This document shows positions 36,801-53,941 of a stretch of 64,000 nucleotides of DNA, one piece after another. Every line of letters begins with the position of its first letter. Positions within the stretch are counted from its first letter, which is position 1. This stretch comes from the human T2T-CHM13v2.0 reference genome, Homo sapiens. Location of the stretch: NCBI RefSeq assembly GCF_009914755.1, contig NC_060938.1. One strand, written 5' to 3'. Made by a program: the position numbers and the translations under genes. The notes under the pieces are model-generated. The model made no database searches and was not told the DNA's origin. It saw only the letters and a list, made by a program, of their open reading frames with translations.

Positions 36801-36968
36801 ACAATTAGCCGGGCGTGGTGGCGGGCGCCTGTAATCCCAGCTACTCTAGAGGCTGAGGTGGGAGAATTGCTTGAACCCAGGAGGCAGAGGTTGCGGTGAG
36901 CCACTGCACTCCAGCCTGGGTGACAGAGTAAGACTCTGTCTCAATTAAAAAAAAAAAAAGCAAAAAGC
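36332..36968 (+). mobile_element. AluJ (36332-36641) followed by AluS (36643-36968) with (CA)n in its linker
   Basis: Two dimers head-to-tail; CA run 36766-36802. Confidence 0.92.
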
Positions 36969-37129
36969 AATACAGGCTTGTAATCTTGTCAGCAAAGGCA
37001 GGGATATTTCAGAACCAGAAGGATCTCGTTCTCCCTACAAGAGCATCCCCACCACTGGTAAGCAATTCCACTTCTACAGACGGTAACAGAGGGGAGAGTA
37101 TGGAGAAAAAAGAAAATTCTAGGAGAAAA

Positions 37130-37290
37130 CTCATCCAGCACCTACGGTGTGCCAGAACTGTGCTAGGCTTGTCTTGTCCATCGTTTCACTCCATTCTCAC
37201 AGAACGTAGATATTGTTCTATCCCCATTTTCCAGATATGAAAACTTAGACTCAGAAATGCAAAGAAAGAACCAAAATCATCAGAGGTAGC
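37130..37290 (+). mobile_element. MIR
   Basis: GCACCTACGGTGTGCCAG..CCCCATTTTCCAGAT. Confidence 0.7.
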
Positions 37291-38689
37291 CTAGATAGGA
37301 GTGGTGCTGCCATGCCCCAGGGCTACCTCCCAAAGGGGCCAGCTTCTTCCCACGATCGATCGGCGCTGGATGCCATCTCTCTTCCCTCCAGCTGCTCCCA
37401 GGGATCCATGATAGCAGCTGAGACCAGCCCTGGAGCAAAGCAATCAGGCCTGCCAGAGTTCAGGGTCTTCTGGAAGTGTTAGCCCCTCCCCTCACCCGCA
37501 GCTGGGACCAAGTGGCTTGTGTCACCGCCTATGCAAGGCCCCTTTCCCCAAGGACACCAGAGGTGGGGTCCTTCCTATCTAGTGGCAGCTGCTGCTGTTC
37601 TGGGGAGTGCAGCTGGGATGAGGGGAGGGGGGTGTCCAGAAGGCTTGACCAGGAAAGCCCCCGTCTCACACCCATGACACCCTTGATTGTCCCTGCAGGA
37701 GTCTGACCTGTGGGCAGAGGAGTTTCAGGGAACCAAGCCTGGCTTCGGTAGTCCCACAGACATGAGGACACCCTTTCCTGAAAAGCCAGGAGGCCTTGGA
37801 CAGGCCTGCACAGCATCACCCCGGCCCCCACTTCTCCACCTACGCTGGGGTTTGTTCTTCTCTTGGCCATGGGCGAGCGGGTGGGTGGGAGGAAACACTG
37901 AGATTGTTAAACCCAGAACAAGCAGGGCAGGCTTAGATGTGACTTAGCTGCTGTCCTTAGCCAGCAGAGGGGTTTTAGTGCAGGGGATAGGAGGCAGCTG
38001 TTATCCTCCTGAGATGCAGGGAAGCAAGATGAAAAGGGTGTTCACAACCACAGGAATTGAGTCTCCTGGTTGACTGGCTGCCAGGTTGGAGACACCCCAG
38101 CATCCTGTCAACCTCTGCTTGAGTACACCTACCGATGGGAGGCTCATCCCATGAGAAAGCTCTCATTACTCAAGCTCTTCCTGTTGGTGCTGAGCTGCAG
38201 TCTCTACCCCCATGCCTCTCACTGTCTGATTCTGCCCTCTGGGGCCACAAAGCTGCTCCCCTTTCTGCGGGAAGGCCTTTCAAAGGTAAAGTGCTCTCTC
38301 AGTCAACCAGCTTTCAAATGTTAGAATTGGGGACAGTCACAGAAAGAATGAGATGATTCAAAACCATGCTGAATGGTTGATGATCACTGCTGCCCAAGCT
38401 CTGCTCCTGTGACACTGTGCCTCAAAGACACCTACGGTTAGGGCGCGATTCACCCGGGGCTCTTTATTTAGCAGGAGTGGAAGCTTTTATTTCCCAATCT
38501 ATAAGACTCTCAGGAAAGTTCTCACAGGCCCAACAAACATCGGGTCTTCTTTGACAGCAGCTGGACATTGCATTGTTTACCAGGTTTGCTGGGTTTCTCC
38601 AGCCAGAAACCCAGAAGTCCTGGAGACTCATCCTCTTCCCTCCCCAGCTCCAACCCACCCCCACCTCCATGCAGGTCTCGTTTCTACCC

Positions 38690-39340
38690 ACTTTTCTCCA
38701 CCCTTATGGCCACCATCCTAACCTGTCTAAACCTCCCCTCCCTCCCACCTTCCAACTGCTCTGTACTTCCAGAGATGTATCCTGCTTCCCACCCCATCCC
38801 CAATCCACCCAATACTGGCTCCTAGAAGCCAGGGCATGGTCCGATTATGTAATTCTCCTAGGCAACCCTTACAATGATTGTCCAGTGCACTTTGAGTAAA
38901 ACCCAAACTCCTCGCCAGGGGCTATATGGGTCTTCCACGCTGGACTCTGCCCGTTTTCCTGACCTCTGGCCTTCCAGGAACATCCCAAGCTGTTTCCTGC
39001 CACAGGGCCTTTGCACTTTCTGGCCCCACTCCCTGGAACATCATCCCATTAGCTCTTCCCATGTTTGGTTCCTTCTCAACCTTCAGGGCTCAGCTAGAAT
39101 GTCACCTTCTCAGAAAGACCTCCCCTGGCTGCCCTATCTCAATTAGATGGCCTTTTTAACTCTCTGTTACAGGCCTTTTTTCATATGTATGTATCACTTA
39201 CAACATATTGTCTGTCTACCACACTAAAACGGTAGCTGCAGGAGAACAGGGACCCTGGCTGTCTTGCCCACTGCTGTCTTTGCTGCATCCCACAGAGGGT
39301 CTGGCACTTATAGGGACACAAGTAATACCTGTGGGTGATA
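38690..39340 (+). mobile_element. L2
   Basis: CACAGGGCCTTTGCAC..CTCAGCTAGAATGTCACCTTCTCAG..3' end near 39330. Confidence 0.7.
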
Positions 39341-39364
39341 AATAACAGCTTTGCCCTTGTCTAG

Positions 39365-39771
<407 letters not shown>

Positions 39772-39863
39772 TGAACCCAATCAGAGGAGGAGTGCATGTA
39801 AGAAAAACTGGCCACTTCTCCTAGTTTGCCCATTCACTCATTCACTTGTTAATTCCTCTATCA

Positions 39864-40188
<325 letters not shown>

Positions 40189-40820
40189 AAACTGAGTCCT
40201 CCTGATTGCCAGAAACTTTTCTAGGGACTAAAACCTTAAAGGTGAGCGATAAACATTTCATCATAAACAAGTAAACAACAAAACAATTACAGATGGTGGT
40301 AAGTAAGGGTCCTGCAAACACTAAAACTGGTCTCGGGAGAGGAGTTTGGGTGAGGAAGTCTGTTACAAAGGGCATCAGGTAAAGTCTGAGGATTACGGAC
40401 ACAGGGCAGGCCTGGATGTGCACAGCCCGCCCCCTCGCCCCTGCCCCCAGCCCCCATTTCATCACCAAGTAGCAGGCATGTTATAGGTTGGAAGATAAGA
40501 GTAGATGGCAGGATTCCGATAAAGTGTACATTCGGCCAGCTAGTCCCCCATAAAAATGACACAGGTAGTGGTGTCCCTGTAAAGCTCTGTGTCCACTGAG
40601 CCCTGCTGTCACTTCACAGCCTTGCAGGAAAGCTGCAGAGATTTCTTCTGTAGAGCACGAGGTCAACACTAACTGGTTCTCTGGGTTAAATACCTATCTG
40701 CTGTATCTGCTTACTTAGAACAAGGGGCACCTGCAACCCACACACTCACAGGTAGACAGATGTGCTTTATGGTGCAGGAGAAAGGACTCCACCCTCACAT
40801 GGCTTGTGAAAGAAACTCTA

Positions 40821-41216
<396 letters not shown>

Positions 41217-41401
41217 TTAAGGGACAAAGTTCAATCAGAGTATGTGTCAGCATGTGAGAGGTTGGTGTGACTTTACCTCGTTCCCAGCAGTCTTGGGTGG
41301 TGCCTCTAGGGAGATGGTATATAAATATCTAGAGAGAGTGCATTTCTATCTCTTGTTGGTTTCACACACTTTCTTTCTTTTTAAAAAAATATTTTCTTTT
41401 G

Positions 41402-41860
<459 letters not shown>

Positions 41861-41872
41861 TGTTTCAGACAC

Positions 41873-42411
<539 letters not shown>

Positions 42412-43004
42412 TGATCCAAGTCCTTGCAGTCTCTGGGGTGGGGGAGAATTGGGAGGAGTGGAACAGAAAAGAATGGGACAAGGGGGTCCTCTCTTCAGAC
42501 AGTTCACCGACCGGCCCCAACCCCTATTTTCTGTCTGGGGAACACAGGCTCCACCTGCCTGCTGCCCAAGCCAAAGCCCTGGCATCCCTTCTTCCAACCA
42601 AGCACCAGGCCTGGTCATGTGTACCTCTTAAATCACTCTGATCTGAAATCACTCACCTCCTACCGTTGCCCTAGGTCAAGCCACAGAAGCCTGGCCTAGC
42701 CTCTCGGGGTACACATCCCACCCATCCTCCAGGAGTCCTCCGTAGGCACAGCCATCTTTAACAAACACACACTGGCCTTGCCATGTCCCACTGAAAAAGC
42801 CCGTAGGCCTTGGAGAGCCTGTCGTGCCCCTGCAAGGCAGCCCCTCTTTCCACACTGGACCAGGTGAAGTATGTGCTTCTAGGAGGCACCAACGGGTACT
42901 TCCCAGGTGCTCGTCTCCCCACGCAGGGGGCAGCATGGTGTCTAGAACACGGTGGCACTGGCTGGTGACACCTGGGCCAAGGCAACCCGTGGGATTTTTC
43001 TTCC

Positions 43005-43505
43005 CTACCGCGCTGAGTAACCATGTGGTGGCAGGCGAGGCCCCGCCGGGACTAAAGAGCCGGCAAGCGCGGGGCCCAGGCAGCAGCTGGTGTCGCCAAG
43101 GAAACCGCTCGCAGCGCCTCCCGGGGCCGGCCTTTTCACTTGGCCTTTTTGGCAGGCTTCCTCAGCCACCCTGAAACCCATTCATCCGGGTGCGCCGGGC
43201 CCTCGCCCCTGCCCCCACCCTGCCCTTCTGCCTCACTGGCCAGCTCTTCCCCCTCCCCCTCCCCCTCCCCTTCCTCTCCTCTCCTCTCTTCCCCGCTGCC
43301 CTCCCTGCTGCAGCCTTTGCCAAAGCTCAGGGAGGGGAAAGCTGGGCCAAGGAAGGACTCCGATTTTCAATTCTAAGCTGATTTCCCCTCTGCAGGCAGC
43401 AAGCCCTTTCATGCATTTTTTCCCTATTATCATAAACGCAGGAACTTGCATTAGGATGAATGAGCAGAAACTCCTGTCTTTGTCAAAGCCTTGGCAGAAT
43501 GCCAG
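43005..43505. promoter_or_regulatory. Small CpG-rich candidate regulatory element
   Basis: CpG cluster 43005-43210, X-box 43092-43105, C-run tract 43249-43270, NFI-like site 43491-43505. Confidence 0.45.
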
Positions 43506-43619
43506 GCATAGAATGACCTAAAACACTCAGAGCTAAATGGAGCTGGAAAGGGGGTGGAGATCCCATGTCGGGTGAGAAATGGGAAGGGGGGAGTGTGGCC
43601 CTTGGCCTCTAATTATCAT

Positions 43620-43830
43620 AATAAAGTGTTTGCCCTGTGCTCAGGCACTATGCTAAGCCCTTTGCACAGATTCTCGTTTAATCCGCACAAAATTCCTACG
43701 TCCTATTCATCCCCCCATTTTCATAGATGCCAAAACTGAAAATCAGAGGTGTCAAGGAACAGGCCCAACATCACACAGTAAATGAGTGATGGAGTGGGAT
43801 TTGAACCTTTCAGACTCTGGAGCCTCAACT
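43620..43830 (+). mobile_element. MIR
   Basis: CAGGCACTATGCTAAG..CCCCATTTTCATAGATG..GGGATTTGAACC. Confidence 0.75.
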
Positions 43831-44174
43831 GATGTCAAGGTCACCTTCCCGAGCTGGTTCAGAGCTCCACAGCCAGTTCTCACCGCCTAGGCCCTCCAAA
43901 TCCTTTCCCTACCCTCACCTCCCCTCACCCACAGCCTCCCTTCAACGGTGCTCCTGTAATTTCCATTTGTCAGTGTAATTTTGCAAAGCAGGCTTTTCCA
44001 AAAATCAGATATGGATAGGAGTCCCGGGGGCAGAGGGAAAGCGGGGCTCCCCAAGACCCAGCCAAGGCATCCTGTTTGTGCTGCCTGGTGGGCAGAGACC
44101 TTGATTTTAAACTTGCTTGTCACATGTCCAGCTACAGCACAGGCACTCCGGCACTGAGCCAGTGCTCAGCAATG

Positions 44175-45630
<1,456 letters not shown>

Positions 45631-46544
45631 ATAAGTTCCTACTGTCTTTTTTGTAAGTGGCAGGGATACAACAGTGAAAAAAAAAAAAAAAGAAAGAAAA
45701 AGAAAAACTTGTGCCCTCAGGGAGCTGGAGAGGACTAAGACAGACATAAACAAACAAATAAGAAATATGCTAATATACTATGTCAGGAAGTATAAGTGCT
45801 ATGAATGAAGGAAGAGAAAAAAGAATAGATGAATGCAATCATTTAGAGGTTATGACTAGACTTTAGAGATGATCTAATCTGAACCCCTCACTTTACAAAT
45901 GAAGGCAAGGAGACCTAGAAAGGATGTTTAAGGTCACATGGTGAATTATTGGTAAAAGCTGGGCTGGTTTCCAGCTCTCCTTGGCTCGTCCGGGGCTGGA
46001 GGAATGCAGCTCAGCCCATGGAAGGGTGTGTAGGGGGCAGGTGGTGGGGGGATGCAAAAGTTCTTTCTGGTTCTCTTTCCTTTCTTTAAGGACAATCTTC
46101 CAGAAGCAACAGTGCGGGCAGCAATGGAGTTTACTGGAAGGCGCCTAGGCAGCTGGGCAGAAAGGAAGGGATCACCCAGCAGAAGCTATGGGAGCCCCTC
46201 TGTTCCTTCTGAAGGCACCTTGGCTGTTCACCAGAGCAGAGGGCACTATGGGCCCTGGTGCTGCTCAGGATGCCTGAAGGGGTGGGTGGGTGGCAAGGCC
46301 CATCCACCAGGGCACCAAAGCTGCAGAGTGGTGGGACTGGGAGGAGGGCTTGCACTGTGGGCCCGGCCTTTGGGGAAGAGTATTGTTCTGTTGCTGACGA
46401 AGCCCCAGCCCACGTGCAGGAATTGGCTGGGAGGCTGAAACTACCCTGGGTGACTGGGTCATCCGTTTCCCAAGCCCCACAATTCTTTCCATTCCACCCG
46501 GCTCACCATCTTGGCATGCCCCCAGTGCCCCACTGGGTGGAGGG

Positions 46545-46750
46545 AAACAGCAATACTCATTTATGGAGTCTGCAGTCTGCCAAACACAGTTCATGCGTTA
46601 TCTCAATGCATGAGAATCCTTGCAACTACCCTATGAGTGCGTTGTTCTCCCCATTTCACACATGAGGAAACACGCTCGTGGAAGTTGTGTGACTTGCCCA
46701 GGGCCATAGAGCAGGAAGTGGCAGAGAGAACTTTCAAACCCAGGCTGGGC
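46545..46750 (+). mobile_element. MIR
   Basis: CCCATTTCACACATGAGGAAAC..GTGACTTGCCCAGGG. Confidence 0.8.
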
Positions 46751-47424
46751 TAACAGGAAAGGTTGGGTTCTTTCCACAGCTGCCCTTCAGACTCCTTCCA
46801 GGGGGCGTCCTGGAACCAGCCAGCCCATCCTCCAGATTGGCCTAGGGTGTGGGCTGCCAGCCACACACTCCCCTCTCCCCCTACCATGCCCCCTCGTCCC
46901 CTCGGTGTTGGCTGCTCAGTGGCTCCCCATGCCCCCTGGCCCTCCGAGTCTCAGGTCCACGCCCAGCACGGTTTCTCTGCCAGGTCTGCACTAGGCTTCT
47001 GTCCCAATGGCCAGACTGAGGTTGCCATGAAAATGCCCTACCCTTGGACTCCCTCGTGGGCCCCACAAGCCACTGGAATGTCTCAGAAATCCCACCCTTC
47101 AGGCCCACATCCAAATCGCCTCTCCCAGACGGCCTCTCTCATTGCGAGCAACAGGAAAATCCTTTCAGATCGTGTCCTGATTTTCAGTTGGAAAACAGAT
47201 GGCCACCATTGCAAGGCTGGCCATACACCCTCTTACTTCCTTTTTCTTTTTCATTCCATTTTCTCTCTGTGTGTCCAATATCATGCTGTGGTTGTTACAA
47301 GCACAGACATAACCTGAACTTGACTTTCGGATCTGCCCCTTCTCAGCCTTCTGACCTTGGACTCCTTACTTGGGCATTGGTGTCGTCTTCCTTAATAATT
47401 GTGACTGTATTCTGCATTCTTGGC

Positions 47425-47736
47425 TTTTTTTGTTTTTTGTTTTTTGTTTTTTTGAGACAGGGTCTGGTAGTGTCACCCAGGCTGGAGTGCAGTGGCATGA
47501 TCAGAGCTCACCACAGCCTTGACCTCCTGGGTTCAAGCGATCCTCTCACCTCAGCCTCCCCAGTAGTTGGGACTACAGGCACATGCCAACACTCCTGGCT
47601 AATTTTAGTATTTCTTGGTAGAGATGGGGTCTCACTATGTTGCCCAAACCAGTCTCAAACTCCTGGGCTCACACAATCCTCCCGCGTCGGCCTCCCAAAA
47701 TGTTGGGATTATAGGCATGAGCCACCGTGCCTTGGC
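47425..47736 (-). mobile_element. AluJ-like
   Basis: J-type diagnostic positions. Confidence 0.9.
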
Positions 47737-47987
47737 TTTTTGTGAGTATTGAAGAGATAATAAATTAGAATCAGTGCTACCTTCTCAGCAAGCTTTTTCC
47801 AACCTTTCTTCTTAAAATTACAAACCCATCCCGACTCCAGCATCCTTATCCTCCTTCCCTTCTGTATTTTTCTCCATAGCACATGTCACCATCTTATGTA
47901 CTAAAACTTTCACGTATTTTGGTTATTGACTCTCCCTCCAATGGAATGTAAGCTCTATGAGGACCGGGATTTTAAAAATCTGTTTCC

Positions 47988-48293
<306 letters not shown>

Positions 48294-48361
48294 TCATGGT
48301 TATGTCCCTGTGTCTAGACAGGGCCTGATGCACTGTGGGCACTCAAAAAAATATTCATTGA

Positions 48362-48940
<579 letters not shown>

Positions 48941-49168
48941 AGGAGATCCTGTTTCTTAAAAAGACATATATAATTGAATAAATGGAGTAACGGGGCAGGG
49001 CCAGTGGCATAGGTATTTTTCAGAAGCTTGTGATTTTGAGGCACCCCTAAGTTTTCTAGGTGGATAAAGCACCTGGCAGGGTGCCTGGCCTGAGGTTAGC
49101 TTAGTGCCAGAGGCCGGCTGATGGCATTATCTTGTTCCTTTAAGTTTCCTCGCCCACACCTATACCTT

Positions 49169-49198
49169 GGGCCTCCCAGTGATATCACTGGGAAGCCC
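49169..49198. repeat. Palindrome (perfect 20-bp core)
   Basis: TCCCAGTGATATCACTGGGA 49174-49193. Confidence 0.9.
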
Positions 49199-49637
49199 TG
49201 TGGCATCCTGACCCAAGGGCCCAGCCATTCCAGCTTCTAACCCATCCCACAGGGGACAGCTCCTGGCTGCCACGCCCTCCCTTCCCTCCTCTCACCCACT
49301 TTGGAAGGGTGAGTCAGGACAGAAGACCAGGAACAGTGGCCTCAGGCCACTCTCCCGCTGCCCAGGCAGCCTGTTCTGCCCAGGGCTGTGGCAGGAAGGA
49401 GCCAAGCCACAGGGCAGGCCAAGGCTGTGCGGGCAGCTCAGGGCAGGGGCCTGGGGTGGGGCGGAGGAGCTCCCCTTTCTTGCTGGGATCTCTCCACAGG
49501 CCGCCAGCAGGCCCTGAGCTCCAAGGGGAGCCTCTTCCACCGGGCCACTTTCACTTTCTCTTTTCTCCACAGAAGCAGAACCAGCAGGCCCAGCTCACAG
49601 AGATGGGGTGGGAGTTAGGAGTCAGAAAAACTGGCTT

Positions 49638-49951
<314 letters not shown>

Positions 49952-50085
49952 CTGGCTCCTGGGGGGCCTCCTGAACATGGGAGAAAGGCGGCTCAACAGC
50001 CTCTGTGCCCCATAGCCATGTGAGTAAATCTCAGCAGAGAAATAGTAATAATGACAGTCCCTTATATTCCTCAGCCAGGAATACC

Positions 50086-50367
50086 TTTATTTATTTATTT
50101 ATTTATTTTTATTTTTGAGACAGGGTCTCAATCTATCACCCAGGTTGGAGTGCAGTGGTGCAATCTCAGCTCACTGCAACCTCCACCTCCCAGACTCAAG
50201 CAATCCTCTCACCTTAGCCTCCCGAGGAGCTAATTTTTAAAATTTTTTGTAGAGATGGTCTCACTATATTGCCCAGTCTAGTCTCACACTCCTGGTCTCA
50301 ATCGACCCTCCTGCCTCAGACTCCCAAAGTGCTGGGATTACAGGTGTGACTTACCATTTACTCAGCC
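50086..50367 (-). mobile_element. AluJ-like with internal deletion
   Basis: Antisense; CCAGG(A/G)ATAC on both flanks. Confidence 0.88.
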
Positions 50368-50953
50368 TGCCAGGGATACTTTCAAAGCACTATCATGATT
50401 ATTATCTCACCAGATCCTCACTCTGGGGCGGGGATAGGGAAGACAGGAATTAAAAAACAAATGCAAAAAAAAAATGTCCTCCAGGCTGGGAGTCAACTGA
50501 AGCCAGAAAGCCAGGGCAAGAACATTTTGTAGGTTTTGTATTTTGCCAGATTTCCTCCCTGTTCCCAGAGGTTCACCTCAGAGCAGCAGAGCCTTGCTCA
50601 ATCTCTGCCCATCCAGGAAGAAACTGAGGCAACCCTGGCAGGACCCAGAGTGGAAACACAGCTGACGCCTCCATCATGGCCCCCTGTAACAGTGCAACAC
50701 TCACAAACAAAGGAAGGGAATTCACTCCTGGATTTCCCAGCAGAGCCAAGTGTGTCTTAGGAGCTGGCAAGGAAGGGAGGTGACATCTGGGAGAGGACCA
50801 GGAGCCGTCAACAACCCTGGAGAAGTTGTGTTCATTCTTACTTTCCAGATAGTAAATATTGCCTAAAGACAGAGCTAGCAGAGATTCTCAAGCCTGCTCA
50901 GGATTTCTCTAAAGCCTTCCTGCTGCTTTCAGGGGTCAGGAGCCCCTGCAGCC

Positions 50954-51238
50954 TTTTTTGTTTGTTTGTTTGTTTGTTTGTTTGTTTGTTTTTGAGGCTG
51001 AGTCTCCCTCTGTCGCCCAGGCTGCAGTACAATGGCATGATCTCAGCTGACTGCAACCTCTGCCCCCCAGGTTCAAGTGATTCTCTTGCCTCAGCCTCCT
51101 GAGTAGCTGGGATTACAGGCGCCCGCCACCACGCCTGGCTAAATTTTGTATTTTTAGTAGAGACGAGGTTTCACCATGTTGGCCAGGCTGGTCTCGAACT
51201 CCTGACCTAAGGTGATCTGCCCACTCCGCCTCCCAAAG
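50954..51238 (-). mobile_element. Alu (S-type), 5'-truncated, (TTTG)n tail
   Basis: AGCCCCTGC on both flanks. Confidence 0.92.
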
Positions 51239-51354
51239 CCCCTGCGGCTCTTATCCATAGATCCTGCACAGGAACACCCCCACGCAGGCCCTGGCCCTCT
51301 CCTTGTTATGTGTCCCTGAGGCTGTCCTCCCAGGACTTGGTTCACTTTCAGGTC

Positions 51355-51960
51355 TGCCACCCATTGGTGCATTCATTTCTGTATTTAATGTTACTGAGCA
51401 CCAACTATGTCCCACACACTCTTCCAGGTACTGGGGATACAGCAGAGCCAAACAAAACCGAGAAAGTCTCTGCCCTCAAGCTTTTATTGAAGGAGGGAAA
51501 TAGACAAAAGAGAAGCAAACAAACAAAAAAGGTAAAATCAGAGGGTGGTAAAAGCTATGAAGGAAATAAAGCAGTATAACTGCTTAAGGAGCAGGGACCT
51601 CTGCAGGTGGATGGCAAGGGAAGGTCTCTCTGCAGAGACGACATTGACATTCATGCTGAGACCTGGGCCAGCCATGCAAAGAAGGGGGGTGTAGGCAGAA
51701 GTGCCGCAGTGGGAACAGGCTAGAAGTTGGGCCTGGTGCTGGGACAGTCCCAGTTCAGGCATGTCCTCCTGGTGTCGTTTTTAATAGCTCATCCTTTCAC
51801 AATCAAGAGTGGCTCATGCCGGAGATGAGTTACCCGCAATGAGGGGCTGGATTTATTCTAAGGGCAGAGGGAAGCCATCACAGGAAATGATGTGATTGAT
51901 GTTTTGAAAAGAACTCGCTGGCTGTTCCGTGAAGAATAAATTAGAGGGGCAGGAGGGAAG
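51355..51960 (-). mobile_element. L2
   Basis: TTACTGAGCACCAACTATGT..CTGGGGATACAGCAG..CTGCCCTCAAG. Confidence 0.75.
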
Positions 51961-52700
51961 AAGTCTGCCTGGGGCGGCTGCAGCAACCCAGGCGTGCTGC
52001 GAGGTGCCCTTTGACTAGATTCCAGTGGGGGCTTTCGGGCGAGCAGAAGAACCCCAGGGATCAGCTCTAGCCACGCTCAGCTCCCTGGGCCGGCCCTGGG
52101 CATTTCTGAGACGGCCCTCGCGCTCAGGGACCTCTCCTCGCAGTTCCATTGTCTGTTCTTGCGGAGTCCTGCCACACTGGGAGGGCCACCCCCTCCTCTT
52201 GCTTCCCTCCCCTCCCCGGGTCCAGCCCCTCCCCTGCCTGGCCCGGCTGCCGCCCAGCGCCAGCCAAAGCCCACCCCGCCTCCCTGCAGGAAGCCGGCTG
52301 GCGGCGCCTGCTGCGTGACCTTGGGCTGCAAAGTCGGGCGTTTGCAAAGTCAAAGCGAGTCACTTCCTCCCCCAGGCCTCCCCCGAGCGGGCAGCCGGCC
52401 GCCGCTCCCTGCCCCCTCGCCCGCCGCGGGCCGGGGCTGGCGCTGGCACGAACGCGCTCTGCATGCTAAGTGCTCGCGCCCGTTCCCGCCGCCCGGAGGC
52501 TCATTTGTCACCCGCTGCTGACTCAGCACTTCTGCAGAAGGCTTTTCCCTCCGCTTTGGAGGAGGAGGCCCGGAAATGAGGCAGAGGCTCTTCCTTCCCT
52601 TCCCTCCAGCAGGGGTGTGTGGCGTGGGTGTGTGCGGGTGTGGCAGGGTCTGTCTGTATGTCTGATGCCTGTCCATCACCGGTGTATATTTTCGCGGCTG
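51960..52700. promoter_or_regulatory. CpG island, promoter- or enhancer-like
   Basis: Highest CpG density in the window; GC boxes, MARE TGCTGACTCAGCA 52516-52528, ETS-like CCGGAAAT 52570-52577. Confidence 0.75.
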
Positions 52701-52862
52701 TGTCTGTCTTTTGTGTATGGCTGAGTCTGTGTATGTGTCTTAGTGCATGTTGATCCCTGCGCCTGTCTGGTGGGTCTTTGTCCCTGTCTGTGGGCATCTG
52801 TGTTGGCCTGTGGGCCTGTCATGTGTGTGTCATACGTGTGTCTGGGTGAGTGTGTGTGTGTC
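52610..52862. repeat. TG-rich low-complexity tract
   Basis: Degenerate (TGTC/TGTG)n. Confidence 0.7.
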
Positions 52863-53640
52863 CCCCCCACCCCCCTCCCTCAGCCCCAGCCTCCTCCCCT
52901 CAGACTTCACCTTGTCTCCTGGAGTGACCCTGGGGTTTCTGAGGCCAAAGTGGCACACCTTCCCTCCCCTGGCACCCCCAGCTCCCATCCCACCCTCTGC
53001 CACCAGTCCCCTAACATGGGACCTCAGGGGCTGAAAACACAGGCTCTGGAATCAGCCACATCTCCACATCTAGGTCTCAGCCTAGGCTCTGCACTTGCCA
53101 CAGGGACCTTAAATGAGATACCTTTCCTGAGCCTGTTTCCACACTTATAAAATAGAGGTGATCATATCTCCCTAAAAGAGGATAATTTCATGATGGGGTC
53201 TGGTATATCACATGCAGCAAATGGTGCCTGTTATTTCTACTTAAAGCAATAGGCCCAGTGTCAGGCACATAGCCAGGGTCTAATAAACGGCCACTTAAGA
53301 ATAAAAGCACCAAGAAGCCCTTTCCTTGGCTGCCAGAAAAGGGAGTGGGTGGGGAGATGGTGACCTGGATTGGGAGCTGGGCAGGAGCTGTTTGCATGAC
53401 ACCTACTGTGAGGAGAGAGATGTGGTGACCTGATTTAGTGCTGCCTTGGGCAGCCAAGGAAGTCAGGAAGGAAATCACAGACGAGGGGCTCGGGAGCTGC
53501 TGTGCCCTGCCCTGCCCTTCCCCAGACCACACACTGCCTGACACCCGCAGGCAGAGTGAGGGCCCAGGGGGGAGGAGCACAACTCCATGCCAGCCCCTAC
53601 CTCCAGAGCAGCCCTCATGCTGTGTCCCTGGGTGAACAAC

Positions 53641-53941
53641 TTTTTTTTTTTTTTTTTAAGACAGGGTCTCTCTCAGCCACATAGGCTCGACTACAGTGGC
53701 GCGATCATAGCTCACTGCAGCTTCGACTTCGCGGGCTCAAAAGATTCTCCCCCTTCAGCCTCCTGAGTAACTGGGACTACAGGTGCATGCCACCATGCCC
53801 AGCTAATTTTTAATTTTTTTTTGAAGGGACAGGGTCTTGCTATGTTGCCCAGGCTGGTCTTGAACTCCTGGGCTCAAGTGATCCTCCTGCGTCTGCCTAC
53901 TGAAGTCCTGGAATTATAGGCATAAGCCACTTTGTCCAGCC
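53641..53941 (-). mobile_element. AluJ-like, followed by MIR (+, to ~54100)
   Basis: J-type diagnostic positions. Confidence 0.9.

Noticed and set aside
47044-47745. 233-aa ORF with a hydrophobic stretch
   Set aside because: The hydrophobic part comes from an Alu polyT tail and a MIR; the C-terminus is AluJ
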